A model generated the notes under the pieces. That model had not been told where the DNA came from. It was given only the letters and a program-made list of their open reading frames with translations, and ran no database searches. Below are positions 1-11,600 of a DNA stretch of 64,000 nt, piece by piece (within the stretch, counting starts at the first letter, position 1; every line of letters begins with the position of its first letter). The translations under genes and the position numbers were made by a program. This DNA comes from Giardia intestinalis (Eukaryota): the NCBI GenBank assembly GCA_000002435.2, contig CM018793.1; one strand, 5' to 3'.

Positions 1-2530
1 GTTCTTCTGATACGAGATAAGATAGAATTGCTGAATAATCAACCTCTACTGCAAGAAGCTGGCAAAGATAGGTGTCATAGAGGTATATTGTTTGAAATCG
101 TTTCCGAACCTCTGCACACCCGTTTGCCCACAGCTTCTCCAACTGAACTTCTTGGTCACAAAGATTAATGGCAAGGAACGCACAGTCGCAAATGTATATG
201 CCCTGATCTGCTGTAGGGAGCTGTACAAATCGCTTCGACGAGCAATCAAGCAGTGTCCCAGATCTGTGTAGGTTCAATTCCTTGAGAATAGTAATATATG
301 CCACTTTCTCCGTCGTTACTGGAATCAAGTGAGTTAATTCGGAAAAAAGTCCTGTAATGGTACAACCATCTGAAGCTTCAGTGTCCCAACTTGTGAGTTG
401 AGATAAAGTTAGACATGAGGACAAATCAGGATTATTGGTTGAATGTGTGTTCTCACAAGAATGAGTACTATGTTCTATCGATACAGTGCCAGCGTCATAG
501 GACAAGACCCGTGACTTTGCTTTAAAGATAGACTTGGGAATAAAGCGCTCTGTGGTATGACGGAGTAATTGTCTGGACTGATAGATAAGGGCATCAGATG
601 AGGAGCATGAGATCACTGGGGGATCATCGTTTGAGTTGGAGTTAGCACAGATAATGTCAAACAAAGACGACTGGACCGGATATGCGCGGTCAGAGCCGGT
701 GTTGCTATCTACTTCATCGGTACCCGTGCAGGTAGGTGTAGGAATTCGATGCACGGCTCCAGAGCGGAACAATGTCGCCATGTCAATACTCAGAAGCGTG
801 TCTGTGCCCATGAATACCGTGGTGAAGCCTCCCACTTGAGTACATGAAACTAGCGTTGTCTTGGCCACACCTGCTACAGGGTCAGGGACTACCCAAATGA
901 CTAGGTTAGACGTGAAAAATAACTGAGTAGAGCACACCGAAAAGAAAGAATGACGGTAAGTGTTTCGAACCGCAACTTTAAACGTGAGAGAGTCGAGGAG
1001 AACAGAGGAGTTTAGCTCGCTAGGTGAAAGACCATGCAAGATGTGACTAGAAATAGCAGCTGCAAACAGGCGGAAGTTAGTGGTGTCGACACGCTTCGTG
1101 ACACCAGCTTCTAGCTTGTCCTCGTCGCGCCCTGTCATCTTGAGTCCTTCCATATTCGTGTCTATCCGTGCACTTGTGTGATATATTGCTTCCGTAAATG
1201 GTGAAACAAGAGTAAGCATAGCTGTCATTGATGCCCCGCTATCTGCTGCAATGTCTGTGGGCACAGTTGAAGAAAGAAAGTACTCAAATGCAATAATTGG
1301 AAGTGCTGATGAAATGCTACCGAACGAGACAGCTATTGTGCATGGAATCAATGCACTAAATGCTTCTGCCACAATGAGGGGATAGTCTGGGAATGGTCCC
1401 ACGCAAAGGGATGTGATATGTCTTAAACTGTGTGTAGATGGGCCAGGAACTTGTGGGACAGAAAGATTACTTGGCTGGGAAGTGCTTAGACCAGAATGCC
1501 GACTAACTGCCTTGCGAAAGTCTTTATAAATGGACACCGTCAGGTTTGCTGTTCCAATGCTGGCCATTTGAGAGGCAATCCGTTGCCTCGTTATAACAAC
1601 CAAGTCCCCGGTTGTGGGAAGAAACTGCCTAAAGGCCACAGGCTCTCGCATGTGTGAAGCCAGCGTGCCTAGGTGCTTGGCCTCGTGCCAGATAATGAAT
1701 GACTTCACCTGATCAGTAAAGGATTTATTGAAGCGAATATTTATTTGCTCGATTGTCGTCCGAGATACTGTCGTGTCTGTTGGCCTGTGATAAATACAGT
1801 TAGTGAAGGGCAGAGTATATTCATCTAAAATGGCTCCTGATACATAAGATATCAAAAAGTATGAAAGTGAACTCTTCTCCATGGTAATGCTGATGTTATC
1901 AATTTGAAGGACAGAAGAGTGGTACGGAGTTGGGACATCAGAGACAAGATCTGGACTGTGCTTCTGTTCACCAGACAAAAAGTACCCTATCACGGGGTCT
2001 GGGGCATTGGACACCAAACGGTGCATCCCATACATGCCCATGATTGGCTCAACATCACAACCTGCCACAAAAGACGGCCACGAGCCACCATCTTGATAGC
2101 TTTGTGACGCAAGAGAGACTAGTATAGTGTCATGCAAGCGACGGGAGCGCTTGATTGGTTGATTGGTAAAGGGAGAGACAATAGACACAAACGTCATCAA
2201 TAAGAAGGCCCCGGAACCAGGCGAAAGAGCACAGTGATAGACGATGGCAGCCGCCGATATTTTAAAGATGGGAATAGAGCTTTGAATTGCATCGTTTGTG
2301 GAATCTGAAATGGATTGCAGGTAGATCTCTGAAAGAACAGACGAAGGCCCACTGAGTGTCTCCAGAACAACCAGCATCCTTCCATCTGGTGCCTGTCCGA
2401 CAAGGCGGCAGGAAGAGGCCGACTTGGAACGAGTTGGAGACGGCAAACACCAATTGGCGCCACCGGTCTCTATATGCTTTATGGCTTCATTGTGAACAAA
2501 TCTTTTCAATGTGCTGCGTTTCAACAGCAT
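1..2530 (-). CDS. Hypothetical protein, 5' part only. It starts at the ATG at 2530-2528 and the open frame runs off the window start, so the C-terminus lies outside.
   Basis: My own translation of the minus strand gives an uninterrupted protein-like frame of about 843 codons from the ATG at 2530 down to position 1, with the upstream in-frame stop at 2572-2570. It is absent from the ORF track because there is no stop inside the window. A second possible start is the ATG at 2377. No family recognised. Confidence 0.55.
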   Translation of the reverse strand, partial: MLLKRSTLKRFVHNEAIKHIETGGANWCLPSPTRSKSASSCRLVGQAPDGRMLVVLETLSGPSSVLSEIYLQSISDSTNDAIQSSIPIFKISAAAIVYHCALSPGSGAFLLMTFVSIVSPFTNQPIKRSRRLHDTILVSLASQSYQDGGSWPSFVAGCDVEPIMGMYGMHRLVSNAPDPVIGYFLSGEQKHSPDLVSDVPTPYHSSVLQIDNISITMEKSSLSYFLISYVSGAILDEYTLPFTNCIYHRPTDTTVSRTTIEQINIRFNKSFTDQVKSFIIWHEAKHLGTLASHMREPVAFRQFLPTTGDLVVITRQRIASQMASIGTANLTVSIYKDFRKAVSRHSGLSTSQPSNLSVPQVPGPSTHSLRHITSLCVGPFPDYPLIVAEAFSALIPCTIAVSFGSISSALPIIAFEYFLSSTVPTDIAADSGASMTAMLTLVSPFTEAIYHTSARIDTNMEGLKMTGRDEDKLEAGVTKRVDTTNFRLFAAAISSHILHGLSPSELNSSVLLDSLTFKVAVRNTYRHSFFSVCSTQLFFTSNLVIWVVPDPVAGVAKTTLVSCTQVGGFTTVFMGTDTLLSIDMATLFRSGAVHRIPTPTCTGTDEVDSNTGSDRAYPVQSSLFDIICANSNSNDDPPVISCSSSDALIYQSRQLLRHTTERFIPKSIFKAKSRVLSYDAGTVSIEHSTHSCENTHSTNNPDLSSCLTLSQLTSWDTEASDGCTITGLFSELTHLIPVTTEKVAYITILKELNLHRSGTLLDCSSKRFVQLPTADQGIYICDCAFLAINLCDQEVQLEKLWANGCAEVRKRFQTIYLYDTYLCQLLAVEVDYSAILSYLVSEE

Positions 2531-2583
2531 CGTGTGCAGCTGGACGACCCCGCGCCGTATCCGGAAGGGCTAGTTTTAAAATT
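2531..2583. promoter_or_regulatory. Short AT-rich divergent promoter/initiator region between head-to-head genes (TTTTAAAATT immediately 5' of the ATG at 2584)
   Basis: A 53-bp spacer between two divergent start codons. AT-rich initiator-like elements next to the ATG are typical of Giardia promoters. Confidence 0.35.
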
Positions 2584-4377
2584 ATGTGGCTAGTCTGGCT
2601 CGGACAGCTCATAAGTCTCAGTTATTCTTTTTGTCCCCTGCGCAATTGCATAAAGTGTCCAGTCACTGATGCTGATAAGCTTTGCGAAGTTTGTAAGCTT
2701 GGATATTATCTCGATTCCACAGATAACGTTTGCTTGCCTTGCTCCACGACCGTAACACACTGTAGCAGGTGTAGCGCTGACGGCAAAAGCTGCTATTCAT
2801 GTGCTGATGGTCGTGTACTGAAAACAGTTTCTACAGGGCAGTCGACCACACAGGAATGTTTCCTTAGTCAGGAACAGCTCTGTAGTGCAGTGTCCAACTG
2901 TGGTCTTTGCACCGTCACTGATAGCACTACTACTTGTGATGCATGTCTGCCAGGATACTTCCTGCAAAGCTCTTCAAATGCTTGTGTGAAATGCGCTGAG
3001 AATTGCGTCTATTGTTCAGCAGAGTCCACCTGCACATCTTGTAAGGATAACTATACACTTTCATCACCGCTGCCTTCTACCTGCACTGCATGCACTCTTC
3101 AGAACTGTGACCTGTGCTATGATGGTTCTATTTGTGACACTTGCTCTAGTGGATTCCACCACAACGATGCTGGAACTTGTGTGCAGAATACTAACTGTGA
3201 TGATGTTGGATGTAAGGAATGCAACGGTGGACATGCTCCGTGTACGAAGTGCTACAAAGGATATTACCTTACAGGTCAGACCTGCACTCTATGCAGCGTC
3301 GACATCTCCAACTGTATCCTCTGCGATTCTCCATCTGCAGGAGCCTCTTCCCGTGCTACTCTGTCATGCACTCGGTGCCAACAGGGTTATCACTTGAGGG
3401 ATAATGCCTGTGAGTCCTGCTCAGATATAACTAATCACTGCCAGAGCTGCCCTAGTGGAATTTGTACGTCCTGTGAGCCAGGGTACCAGTTGATGAACTA
3501 CCCGCGCTACTGCAAAGAGAAAACAACAACAGATTGCTCAAATCTCAGCAACTGCCTGGCTTGCACGTCTGATTCTCGATGCATTAGCTGTGCGCCTGGG
3601 TACTCACCAACAAATGGTGTTTGTGAGCTTTACACTGGCTGCGCCGTTGCCAACTGCGGGATCTGCAGGAGCGATCAATACACCTGTGACTTCTGCGTTC
3701 GTGGATACAGACTAGAGAATAACCAGTGTATATCGAAGTGTACAGATAGAAACTGTCATACCTGTAGCCCTGGGGCAGACGGACAGGAGGTCTGCAAACA
3801 GTGCATGCCTGGATACATCCTTGATACAGACAGTAGCGTGTGCACCTCATGCGGCGTTGAAAAGTGCGTTTCGTGTTCTGTATCAACAGAAGCAAAGAAG
3901 GCGTCAACTAGCCATGCCTATAGGAGCTTCTCTAGGTGGTTACAGCAGTTCCAATCCAAGAGAGCTGCAACCGCTCCATCTAACCGGATAGAGGATTGGG
4001 AACATAAGTTGAAAGCAATAGCACAGTATTATAGACTCACTGATATCCAATTGAATAACCTGCGGGTTGTTCTCTATGATTACTTTACAAATGGATCCAT
4101 TTCTATGCATTTATTCAACGACTCCGACCTTATTTTGAAAGAAATATCTAAGGTATATACCAGCGGCAAACAAGGAGTAACGGAGGCCAGCCTATCTAGT
4201 GCCAAGCTGTTTGTCTGCTCAAAGTGTGAAGACGGGTATACCCTAACGCACAATACCTGTGTGAAGCAAACCCTGACTGCAAGTAATATTGTGGGCATAA
4301 GTGCCGGTGTCATTTTAGCAGTCGGGATAATTGCTGGGGCAATAGTCATGACAGTAACTTCAAAGAAGCACAAGTAG
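2584..4377 (+). CDS. High-cysteine membrane protein (HCMP, VSP-like). It has a signal peptide, many CxxC/CxC repeats, a C-terminal TM helix and a short basic tail KKHK.
   Basis: The track ORF 2356..4377 starts with GTG. The first ATG at 2584 gives MWLVWLGQLISLSYSF, a plausible signal peptide. There are dozens of CxxC motifs and GYYL/GYFL motifs. The C-terminal hydrophobic stretch is IVGISAGVILAVGIIAGAIVM. It lacks the CRGKA tail of true VSPs. Confidence 0.8.
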   Translation: MWLVWLGQLISLSYSFCPLRNCIKCPVTDADKLCEVCKLGYYLDSTDNVCLPCSTTVTHCSRCSADGKSCYSCADGRVLKTVSTGQSTTQECFLSQEQLCSAVSNCGLCTVTDSTTTCDACLPGYFLQSSSNACVKCAENCVYCSAESTCTSCKDNYTLSSPLPSTCTACTLQNCDLCYDGSICDTCSSGFHHNDAGTCVQNTNCDDVGCKECNGGHAPCTKCYKGYYLTGQTCTLCSVDISNCILCDSPSAGASSRATLSCTRCQQGYHLRDNACESCSDITNHCQSCPSGICTSCEPGYQLMNYPRYCKEKTTTDCSNLSNCLACTSDSRCISCAPGYSPTNGVCELYTGCAVANCGICRSDQYTCDFCVRGYRLENNQCISKCTDRNCHTCSPGADGQEVCKQCMPGYILDTDSSVCTSCGVEKCVSCSVSTEAKKASTSHAYRSFSRWLQQFQSKRAATAPSNRIEDWEHKLKAIAQYYRLTDIQLNNLRVVLYDYFTNGSISMHLFNDSDLILKEISKVYTSGKQGVTEASLSSAKLFVCSKCEDGYTLTHNTCVKQTLTASNIVGISAGVILAVGIIAGAIVMTVTSKKHK

Positions 4378-4499
4378 GTGGATGGTTGCACTCTACTCTC
4401 TAGCCCCTGTGCGTCTGATTTTTGTGGGTATAGGGCTCATGAATATGTGAATGTATAAGTTTGTACTAAATGTTCACTGAGTAACCATGCAAAGTTCTA

Positions 4500-5135
4500 A
4501 TGCAAAACCTGACTATAAGCGATCTGAACTCCTCCTCAGTAGCAGCCAGAACGTCCATTATCACTAAGAGAAGGGACAATGATGTAGGAACTTCAGGCTC
4601 AAGGTCTCGACAGAATCCACGAAAGAGCACAAATGTGCCCCTATACAATTCCAAGTCGTACATACGGCGAACACATCCTGATGACCCCGCAGAAAATAGC
4701 ATCCTGGCTGATCTATCCTATATACCTGAGCCTCTTAGCGTCTCCGCGGGCCCAACAGTCGCGTCAAAGGGCTCCATTTTTTCATCTACCGGTGTGACGT
4801 CAATTCGCTTTGACACGGCTGCAGAGCGGTCACGGACAGACGAGGAGCTACAGGACTTGGTACAAAGGCTTCAAACCGAAGTTCGAGATCTTAAGAAAGC
4901 GCATGCAGATTGCGACAAAGAGCTTGAGGACCTCACGCAGCAGATGCAACAGATTAGAGAGGTCATGGTCAGATCAAATGAGAGCATGGTGCGTGCGTTG
5001 GACAGCTCGTGCTTTGTTGTCTTGCCATGCCGTCATTATGTAATGGTTGATAAAAAGATTTCAACGCTCACTAACTCTAAGTGTCCAAAGTGCAATATCC
5101 ACGTCACAGAATCATATTTAGTAAAGCATAAGTGA
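4500..5135 (+). CDS. Hypothetical protein with an S/T/R-rich N-terminus, a central coiled coil and a C-terminal Cys/His cluster (C-x6-CRH...CPKC-x-H) that could bind zinc
   Basis: ATG start at 4500. There are heptad-like segments LQDLVQRLQTEVRDLKKAHADCDKELEDLTQQMQQIREV. The C-terminal motif resembles a degenerate RING or zinc ribbon. No confident family. Confidence 0.35.
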   Translation: MQNLTISDLNSSSVAARTSIITKRRDNDVGTSGSRSRQNPRKSTNVPLYNSKSYIRRTHPDDPAENSILADLSYIPEPLSVSAGPTVASKGSIFSSTGVTSIRFDTAAERSRTDEELQDLVQRLQTEVRDLKKAHADCDKELEDLTQQMQQIREVMVRSNESMVRALDSSCFVVLPCRHYVMVDKKISTLTNSKCPKCNIHVTESYLVKHK

Positions 5136-5671
5136 CTGCTCTTTTTGAAGTGCTGCTAGGTATTGACACAGGATTTACTTTCTTCAAGTAAACACACGGT
5201 TTGAAGGATAGCAGATAGTAGGAAAAATAGATCACAAAGGTAAATCTAGATATACAATCAATCCATTAATCGTAGCATAATGTAACAATAAGCTTTTCAG
5301 ACAATAGGCGGAGTGACTCCTACGCTTATCAAGGGGCTGGAGAAGTGGTACATATTAACTCTCCAGTTGCGTCATGCTCGACCTACCAAGAGCTGACTGA
5401 CTAATTCATAGTCTTCCAAAGTTTCTATGCCTACTCTGTCGGCTTCTCAGGTACCAGAACAACTGCAGATGATATTGCTCTAAAGGATGCCATTTATGGG
5501 AGCTATCAGGACCAAAGGAACCTTAGGTGATGAGGCCGAGGGGCGCGTCTATATTCCTGGTGAGTGATGATGACTAGAACGTGCACAGATAATGCGTGTA
5601 TCTTCACGTTATAAGATAGTTTGTTAGCATCATCTGAATAAGAGCTTTTGAAGCAGGAACAAGCTCACATA

Positions 5672-8600
5672 TTAAGAGCCGTGGTTTTTGAGAATTGCAA
5701 TCTCATCCACGAGAGTGCGCAGCTCCCTCTCACGATTTATGATCTCCTGCTTCAGACTGTTGTACTCCTGCCGTACAAGCTCCTGTTTGTTATCGCTGCA
5801 CCATGCCTTGGGAGCCTTTCGTTGCCTATCAAGAATCGCCCTGTCAAGTTCTAAACTTTCTCTTTCTAATCTTGCTAGCTCAAGCACCAGCTCTGTGTTC
5901 TTGTCAAGAGCATATTTCAGCTGATCGCGGCCACGCTCCAGAATCGTCTCTTTGTAGAGCTGATCTTGCTTGAACTCTAATTCTTCCTGATTCAGAATTC
6001 TGGTAAGCTCTTCTGCTTGTTCGTTTATGCACGCGCTGTCTAACTTGGCTATGTCAATCAGCTGGCCGAATTTGAGCATCTGGACCGCTTCAAGCTTTTC
6101 ACTATAGATTTTGTAGTCTTTTTGTGCTTGCTTTTCCTTCTGCAGCAGCTCGTAGTGCGTGTCTTTGAGAGACTCTCCAATCTGTGCAAAGTGTCGCAGC
6201 TGCTTCTTCCTGAGATCTATTCTAGCTTTGAGGTTCTGTATTTCCTTTGCGTCAAAGAGAAGAGCGTTACTAAGATCTTCAATAATAGTATCATCCTCGC
6301 TCATGTATGCATACTGGCCCATAGTAACGAGTGCCGCCGTCTGCACGCTGTTCAGCTCCTTCTGTTTGCCAGCGCGGAACTGTGTTAGCTCTCTGTTTGC
6401 TGCATCCGTGGCAGAGACTGCTGCCTTTTCCCTTTTCTGAAGGACTAAATACTGCTGCTTCAGTTGATCTGCCTCTTGGTGGATAGCTGCCAACTGTGCG
6501 TCATAGTCTCGCTTCTTTGATCGCAAATTGAGAACGAAATTAAAGAGCTCGTTGCTAACGCCCTCCGGGGCAACTGTTTCATCTACAGGCTCATCATCAT
6601 CCTCGACCCCTCCCTCAGAAAGATTAGAAAGCTCCGACGACTCATCCGATTCGTCCATATAATCGTCTGGGTTTGTTGACCCGAGAGCCTTCTTGGTCGC
6701 TCCGCCTCCGACTAGCGTTGCCTCGAGGCCAGCTGGCTCGGCGTCTGCCTGCGGCTTGATAGGCTTGGGGGCCCTGTACTTTTTGTTATAGATTTTGATC
6801 AACTTCGTTCTGAATGGAGCATCAGTGCTAATAGAATTGTTGAATTCACGAAGAAGCTTTTGGAGGTTAGTCCCGACGGCCATCGCCTCCTCAGTCTTTT
6901 GGGAGATCTGCTTCCGGAGATGCTCCAATTGTATGGTTATTTGTCGGTGCTCATTTTTGCAGTTCTCGAGGTGTTCCATGGATTTAGCATCCCTAGTAAT
7001 ATAGAGATGATGGATTTCTGTTTGCTGGAACAGGCTTATGATGCGAATGCGCATACGAGCAAAGTCCATTTTTAGTTGAACGCTTGAGTACTGAAGCTCT
7101 CGAACAGCATTATCAAACGCAGTTGCCAAGGATAGCATCTTATTCAGGATTTGGCTTCTACAATACAGAGCAAGCGAAATCCAGTAGTGAGCTTTCTGAG
7201 CGTAGTCCTGACTAACCTGCATCTTGCTGAACACAGAGATGGCCTTGGTGGAGTCATAACTTTGCGTCCCCTGGAAGACATTCATTTGCAGGTTGTTATG
7301 CTGAGCCAGAGTCGAGGTGATATCGTATGTATCGTGTCTGTTATATAGAGATGGCGCATGCTGAGCGTTTTGTGCCGCTAACGCTGCAGTGGGGCGAACA
7401 CAAGTAGCTTCTTGAATTTGATATCCAGAATAAAGGAGTACGTCTTTGGCTAGAGGATGCTTTTTAGCTCTTGCACCATGTGGTACACTCCCAACCGGGA
7501 AGTGCTGTGCGTTAGCGTTAGTATCAGGGTCTTTTAAGTCATTGATTGCGAGGATAGAGGAAGACTTGTTGACAGAAGAGTCGAGCCCCTGAACGCCCAT
7601 GAATATGGCTGTGTTAATATAGGGTCGACACATATTAACCAGCTCGTCCTCATCCTCATTCTCTTCATCCTCGTTAACCTTGTCAGACTCACTGCTTGAC
7701 TCGTCATTTGAGTCGTTAGCGTCATTACTTAAGGGGTAGTTCAGTTTCGGAAGCGTACCATATCTAAGCCCACCCAAGGCCTCGCTGGATGATAAAACAA
7801 TTTCCTGCACGGCACTTTGGATACCAGTTGGCGGAACATCCAGAAGCTTCTGTAGTCGATCAGCTTCGTCGCTAGAAATAATCTTATTAGAGACACAAAA
7901 CTCCAGATATTGTAGCGCTAGCGGATCACTACCAGCAGGATCACTTTCGTTGAAGAACTCCCCTGGGGCGTGAGAATAACACGACTGTAGCTGAAGACAG
8001 AGAGTCGTATTGTCAATCTGGTCTAGTGGTGTGTCTGCCAGCTTGCTGGAAGCCCAGTTACGAATATATCTATCGTGCACCTCCATGCGTCGAATGTGTG
8101 CTATTTCATCAGGATGAATGGATATCATGCTCAAAAGCTTGTCAGGGTCGGCGCTAAACTCGTACTTGGCCAGTCTTGCGTCTATGTCTGCCGCTATTAG
8201 GTGGCCGGCCATGTGCTTTATTGAAGCAGTGATTCGAAGAGCCTCTTTCTTAAGCGTGTTGACGCATTCGACCACAGCCTGCTTGCAGGCAAACAGAACG
8301 GCCACACGTTCGTTAAAATCTTTTTGCGCGTCATGAAGACCCTTTATAGCTAGCAGGAACTGTAGCCAGCGACCCTCTTTATTTTCATAGACGTTCACGG
8401 GAGGCACATTCTTACCTGCTCCGGTCGCGTCTTCGTGTTGCTGCGCTAATTGTCCAACCTTGAAGACATAGTCCTCCGTAGTTTTAAGTGGGAATTGCCC
8501 GAATGTTTCGAGGCTGAAATCATATGCTTTTTCGTCCTCTGGGGAAATCTTACTGGGATCGGGCTTCTCGGCTAAAAGGGCGCGGAGCTCCTCTTTTCGC

Positions 8601-11600
8601 TTCTGCCGTGCTTCTACCCGCTGCAAAACTCGTTGCTGCTTTATTTGGGCGTCAGAAATGGTGTCCTCAAGCTCATCTTGCTTGATTGTTGCCTCACCCA
8701 ACTTATTTGAAAGGGTCTGTGCAATGATCTTGTCAATAGCTTTAATGGTCCGGGTGCCCGCCACTGAACCAAGCCTACTACCACCCGTGGTCCTCGACGA
8801 TCTTAAGGGAGCAAGAGCGCTCTTAGTCGCACTAGTGTTAGACTCTGCTAAAGACTTTTTGGTGGTGCTCAAGGAAGTGAGGGTCACTGCACCCAGCCTA
8901 CTAACTGACGTTTGGTTGAGAGACCCGCGCTGATCATTATCTATGATGGAGTGGTCACTGACATCACTAGTTTCCATAGTATCATTAGGATTCATTATGT
9001 TAGCGTCAGCCCTCATAGTAGATGTTGTAGTTAAGTTGTTTGCAACCTCTGAATCACTACGATGGTCATAAGCAATCTGGTCTAGCTCATCAAGAGATTC
9101 TATGCCCAGAGCCTCACAAAGTGCGCTTTCGAACTTCTCACTAAACGGATACAACTTGAATGTGGTAACTTGAAAGGCAGGATTTGCAAAGGCACGTACG
9201 GTGTAGGTAAACTCCGTCACAGGAAAATTGGCGAGGACGCTCTGAATCTTCGCAGTAACACCCCGAAGAATATCTCCTAGTTCGTCATATATAATTGTAT
9301 GGGCCCTGCGCTCTTCTCTGCCAACCCAATCATGAGCTAATAGTAGATCTGGTGAGATCTCATGTGGATAGAGACGTTTCTCTAAAGGTAGTGACGCATT
9401 CTCCTTGACCAAGGTGTCATAGAGGGCTCTGAGACCTTGTATTTTTAATAGAACAGCATGCTTTCCATCCTGCCCAAGCTTATTTGCCGCTGAATCCAGT
9501 TCTGACAGCCTGGCCTGCTCTAGGGTCAAAAATTTGCTCGCTCCTTCTACCTCGGTCTGCTCTTCTGCAGTGGTATAGTCATGGACAACGGCCTGCTGAT
9601 CTAAATCATCGCCCTCAAGGGGGATAGTGTCTGGCTGCTGTTTTAAGATGTCTGCCCCCTTTTCTTTGAAAACAGCCTTTGAAATTAGGGAGAAGACCTT
9701 TTCATGGAAAACAAGAGAGACAGACGGCTTGAACCCTTTAATCCCAGTGGAGTAAATATTATCTCGCACATAGCGCGTACAAAGGCCGTTATCAAAGGTC
9801 TGTATGTTATTTGCTGATAAGTATGCTGCTTGGAGTCTAGCTAAGAGAACCTTCACTTCATGAGTTCCATACACGAGTATGTTTCCAGATCTGTCTCCGA
9901 TGACGCAGACATGCCCGCCAAATCCCACGTTCATGTAGCATAGGCCGTTAGCTGGAACTGCCTGAGCACAGTACGCAGTCCACCACTCAGACTTCTGCTC
10001 TAAAAGCTGCATGGCAACGAGGGGATTTAGGTTTGACGCTTCTCCTTTTAAAACATTCTGAGTGAGCGATGCAAATTCGTCTTCAGTTCTGTATGGTTCG
10101 ATGGTCACAGAGCCACCAGCCTGGATAGTAAAGAGAGTACCAAAAACCTTTCCGGCCGGACCAGAGCGTTCGGCAGACAGCAGCTCCTTATTCAGTGCGT
10201 CCTCCATGACACAGTCCCTGAGGGGCTGAAGCATAGCAGGAAATGACATGATAGGGGTTCGCATCAACAGGCTAATAGACTTATTATTCTGAGGTTCAAA
10301 CTCCACATCATCCAGCTCTGCCTCCTTGAGAGCAGGCGCATCCATGAGGGGTCCCCGATGAGCCGCCGGGGAGATTACTTCTGGCCGTATAAAGATCTTC
10401 TTTGATGACTCTTTGCTTGACTCTTCTCTGTTGTCATCTGCTGCCGGCGTAAGCCCCGAATTCATGAGGAGGCTCCGTGACCCGATGGAATTGGCATTAA
10501 TAAGCGAGAAAAAGGATTTCTTGATGACTGCATAATCAAATAGGTATATTAAGCTGCTCCTATATGCTGCACGAGCTTCGGCAACGGCTAAGGCAGCACA
10601 GAAGAGAGCGGGGTCTCCTGCAGCGATGTTGGATGCAGTGGCGCCACTTGCCTCAGCACGGGCTCGAACGCTCGCCATCGCCGAGTCAGCCCTATTCCGG
10701 ATTTCCTCATCAATAAAAATCTTGACAAGGATGGCTAGCTTTCCAGGCGTAGCTATATCTGACACATCACTGATATGAGTCTGTCCAGCAAGGTCTTTGG
10801 ATCTAACAAGCCCTGTCCCGTTAACAAGGCTGAACTGAACAAAGTCAAATTTCTGGGGCTGATTCATGTCTTCATAAAGAGGGTCATTGGGGTTGAGCTT
10901 CTTCTTCTTTTTTCCCTCTATCTTGTTCCCATCCTCATCGTATTCTTCTTCAGACTCTGTCGACTCCTCCTCTTGTTTTTCTTCCGTTATTTCCATGGCC
11001 AGTAGGGCGTCCATTGCCGACTCCATGGCCCCACGACTAGGGAGCATCGCGCTGATTTTCCGCTGCACGACTGCCTGCTCTACTTTGGCGATCGTCCCTT
11101 CACAGGTCCCCGGTAGGGGGGTTACGGGGATTGCTATTGACAAGAAGTACGGAACAGAATTAAACATATGCATTAAATTATATGACACTGAAGATGGTTC
11201 TCCTGGTAAGTTAGGTTCTGTGCTCGGAGCTGATAAATTCATGGTGGTGGAAGATAGGCTGTCTGTCATACTAGATCCTGATTTGAGCCTGTACTGTATT
11301 AGATCATTTGCTGGCGGAAGGGTGATCGCCACAAGCCTGTCTTCTGGAGAGGTGCAGTTCAGTACGGCCATGGCCAATACATTGGGTTCTAGGTAGAAGA
11401 GATGGCCTAGCCGCTGTGAGAGTTTATCGGGCGACTCTTTAAAGATAGCGTAGTATACATCAAACTCTCCAAGTGGTAGAATGTCCTTCCCAGTCATTCC
11501 AAAGATACCATTAGAAGCCATTACTGCCAATTCAAATGCCTTCTTTTGCGACTCATCCTCCGCAGCATCACGCACGTTAAGAAGGCCCTTTGCGAGGGAT

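Noticed and set aside
2356-2583. N-terminal extension of the HCMP ORF starting at 2356
   Set aside because: Position 2356 is a GTG. The first ATG at 2584 gives a proper signal peptide and avoids overlap with the divergent upstream gene start at 2530.
2584-4377. Calling the cysteine-rich gene a bona fide VSP
   Set aside because: It has no CRGKA C-terminal pentapeptide and the tail is KKHK, so HCMP is the safer call.
10880-11000. Possible separate small gene or repeat within the giant WD40 gene (ORFs 10775..11005 and 10887..11396 on the + strand)
   Set aside because: The region encodes an acidic/basic low-complexity patch (EEEYDEDGNKIEGKKKKK) in frame within the giant minus-strand CDS. The + strand ORFs are its poly-purine shadow.
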